From positions 1 through 49,604 of the forward strand of contig JBBIGR010000039.1 of the NCBI GenBank assembly GCA_037447435.1: 49,604 nt of DNA, written 5' to 3'. Position 1 is the first letter of the stretch; every line of letters begins with the position of its first letter. The translations under genes were made by a program, and so were the position numbers. This document shows, one piece after another, positions 48,727 to 49,604 of this stretch. Below the pieces are notes generated by a model that was given only the letters and a program-made list of their open reading frames with translations, ran no database searches and was not told the origin of the DNA. The stretch is from Fibrobacteria bacterium. Its GTDB lineage: Bacteria > Fibrobacterota > Chitinivibrionia > Chitinivibrionales > FEN-1185.

Positions 48727-49604
48727 GAACCTTCCACCATACCATTCTTTGCATGCTTTTTTGCGCAGTTTCCGCGGGCGCCTCGGCCAAACTGATTTTT
48801 GGGGACGGTAAGGCGAATAACCGGCTTCGCATCATTTTCGTTTCGGAAGGATATACCGCATCGCAAATCTCCCGGTTCGACGGCGATGTGAAAAATATTT
48901 TCGGTCAGTTTAAAAACGAAACGTTTTATTCGGTCTTTTACAATGCGATCAACGTGTACGAAGCAGACACGGTTTCCAAGGATTCGGGCGCAGATCCGAC
49001 GCCGTCCACCAATACTTTCAATACGGCTTTTGATGCGAGTTTCGGAAATTCGGGCATAGACAGGCTGTTATGCGTCAATGACGCAAAAGTCAAAACTTTC
49101 CTATTGAAGCAAATCGCCAATTACGATCCCGTATACGATATAACCATTGCCGTCGTCAATTCGAATATTTACGGCGGATCGGGCGGGCAGATCATGGTCA
49201 CTTCGGTCAATTCGTCGGCCCCGCAAATCGCCATTCATGAAACCGGGCATTATTTTGCAAAACTTGCGGACGAATATACGACCCCGTATCCGGGTTGGGT
49301 TCAATCGGAATATCCCAACAGCACCAAATTCACGACCCTATCGCAAATCCCCTGGGCGGTTTGGATAAACCCGGCAGCACCGCTTCCCACTCCGGAAAGC
49401 GGGGCCTACGCCGATTCCGTGGGGTTGTTCTTGGGATGTCAATATACGACGGCCGGGTGGTATCGGCCGAAAAAAACCTGCAAAATGAACGTGCTCGGGG
49501 TAAGTCCCGAAACGCTTCAGAAACACGGCGCGGTGTCCGAGGAAACGGCTGCGGAGATGGCGCGCGGCGCGCTCGATAAATTCAACGCGGACGTGGGATT
49601 ATCG
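48723..49604 (+). CDS. M64-family (IgA-peptidase-like) zinc metallopeptidase, open to the window end; last ~40 codons are CinA/PncC-like
   Basis: Absent from the ORF track because there is no stop. Manual translation: MRTFHHTILCMLFCAVSAGA...IIFVSEGYT...YGGSG...HETGHYFAKLADEY...GWYRPKKTCKM, then NVLGVSPETLQKHGAVSEETAAEMARGALDKFNADVGLS. Confidence 0.85.
   Translation, partial: MRTFHHTILCMLFCAVSAGASAKLIFGDGKANNRLRIIFVSEGYTASQISRFDGDVKNIFGQFKNETFYSVFYNAINVYEADTVSKDSGADPTPSTNTFNTAFDASFGNSGIDRLLCVNDAKVKTFLLKQIANYDPVYDITIAVVNSNIYGGSGGQIMVTSVNSSAPQIAIHETGHYFAKLADEYTTPYPGWVQSEYPNSTKFTTLSQIPWAVWINPAAPLPTPESGAYADSVGLFLGCQYTTAGWYRPKKTCKMNVLGVSPETLQKHGAVSEETAAEMARGALDKFNADVGLS

Noticed and set aside
49147..49579. 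Short plus-strand ORFs listed near the window end
   Set aside because: Alternative frames of the stop-free M64 ORF starting at 48723, which the ORF track missed.

Overview
A gene-dense bacterial chromosomal window. The fused lpxC-fabZ, a T9SS/FlgD-like C-terminal sorting domain and an Agl-Glt-like cluster suggest an FCB-group organism, probably Fibrobacterota (Chitinispirillales/Chitinivibrionia-like); this taxonomy is inferred. In order it holds: (1) a myxobacterial Agl-Glt-like motor cluster (GltD/AgmU-like TPR protein, one ExbB/TolQ, two ExbD/TolR, and a GltG/PglI-like TonB-C protein with an unusual L7/L12-CTD-like N-terminus); (2) a likely operon of an outer-membrane beta-barrel, an NTT-HEAT-cNMP membrane protein, a carbohydrate-type ABC transporter, a lipoprotein and a TPR protein; (3) tRNA-Thr(CGT), nrdR behind tandem NrdR boxes, and dacB; (4) clpC, tamB-like, bamA, skp, lpxD, lpxC/fabZ, lpxA; (5) a radical SAM gene, a small basic double-HTH gene, hrpB and a detached GltF-like gene; (6) a pseudo-receiver, a GT2-TPR glycosyltransferase, tatD and an HtrA-like protease; (7) a modular secreted S8 protease and an M64 metallopeptidase ORF that switches in frame into a CinA/PncC fragment at the window end (probable chimeric junction). 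I saw no CRISPR array, integrase, transposase or rRNA. Three REP-like palindromes lie in intergenic spacers. All family assignments come from motif recognition by eye; no database searches were run.
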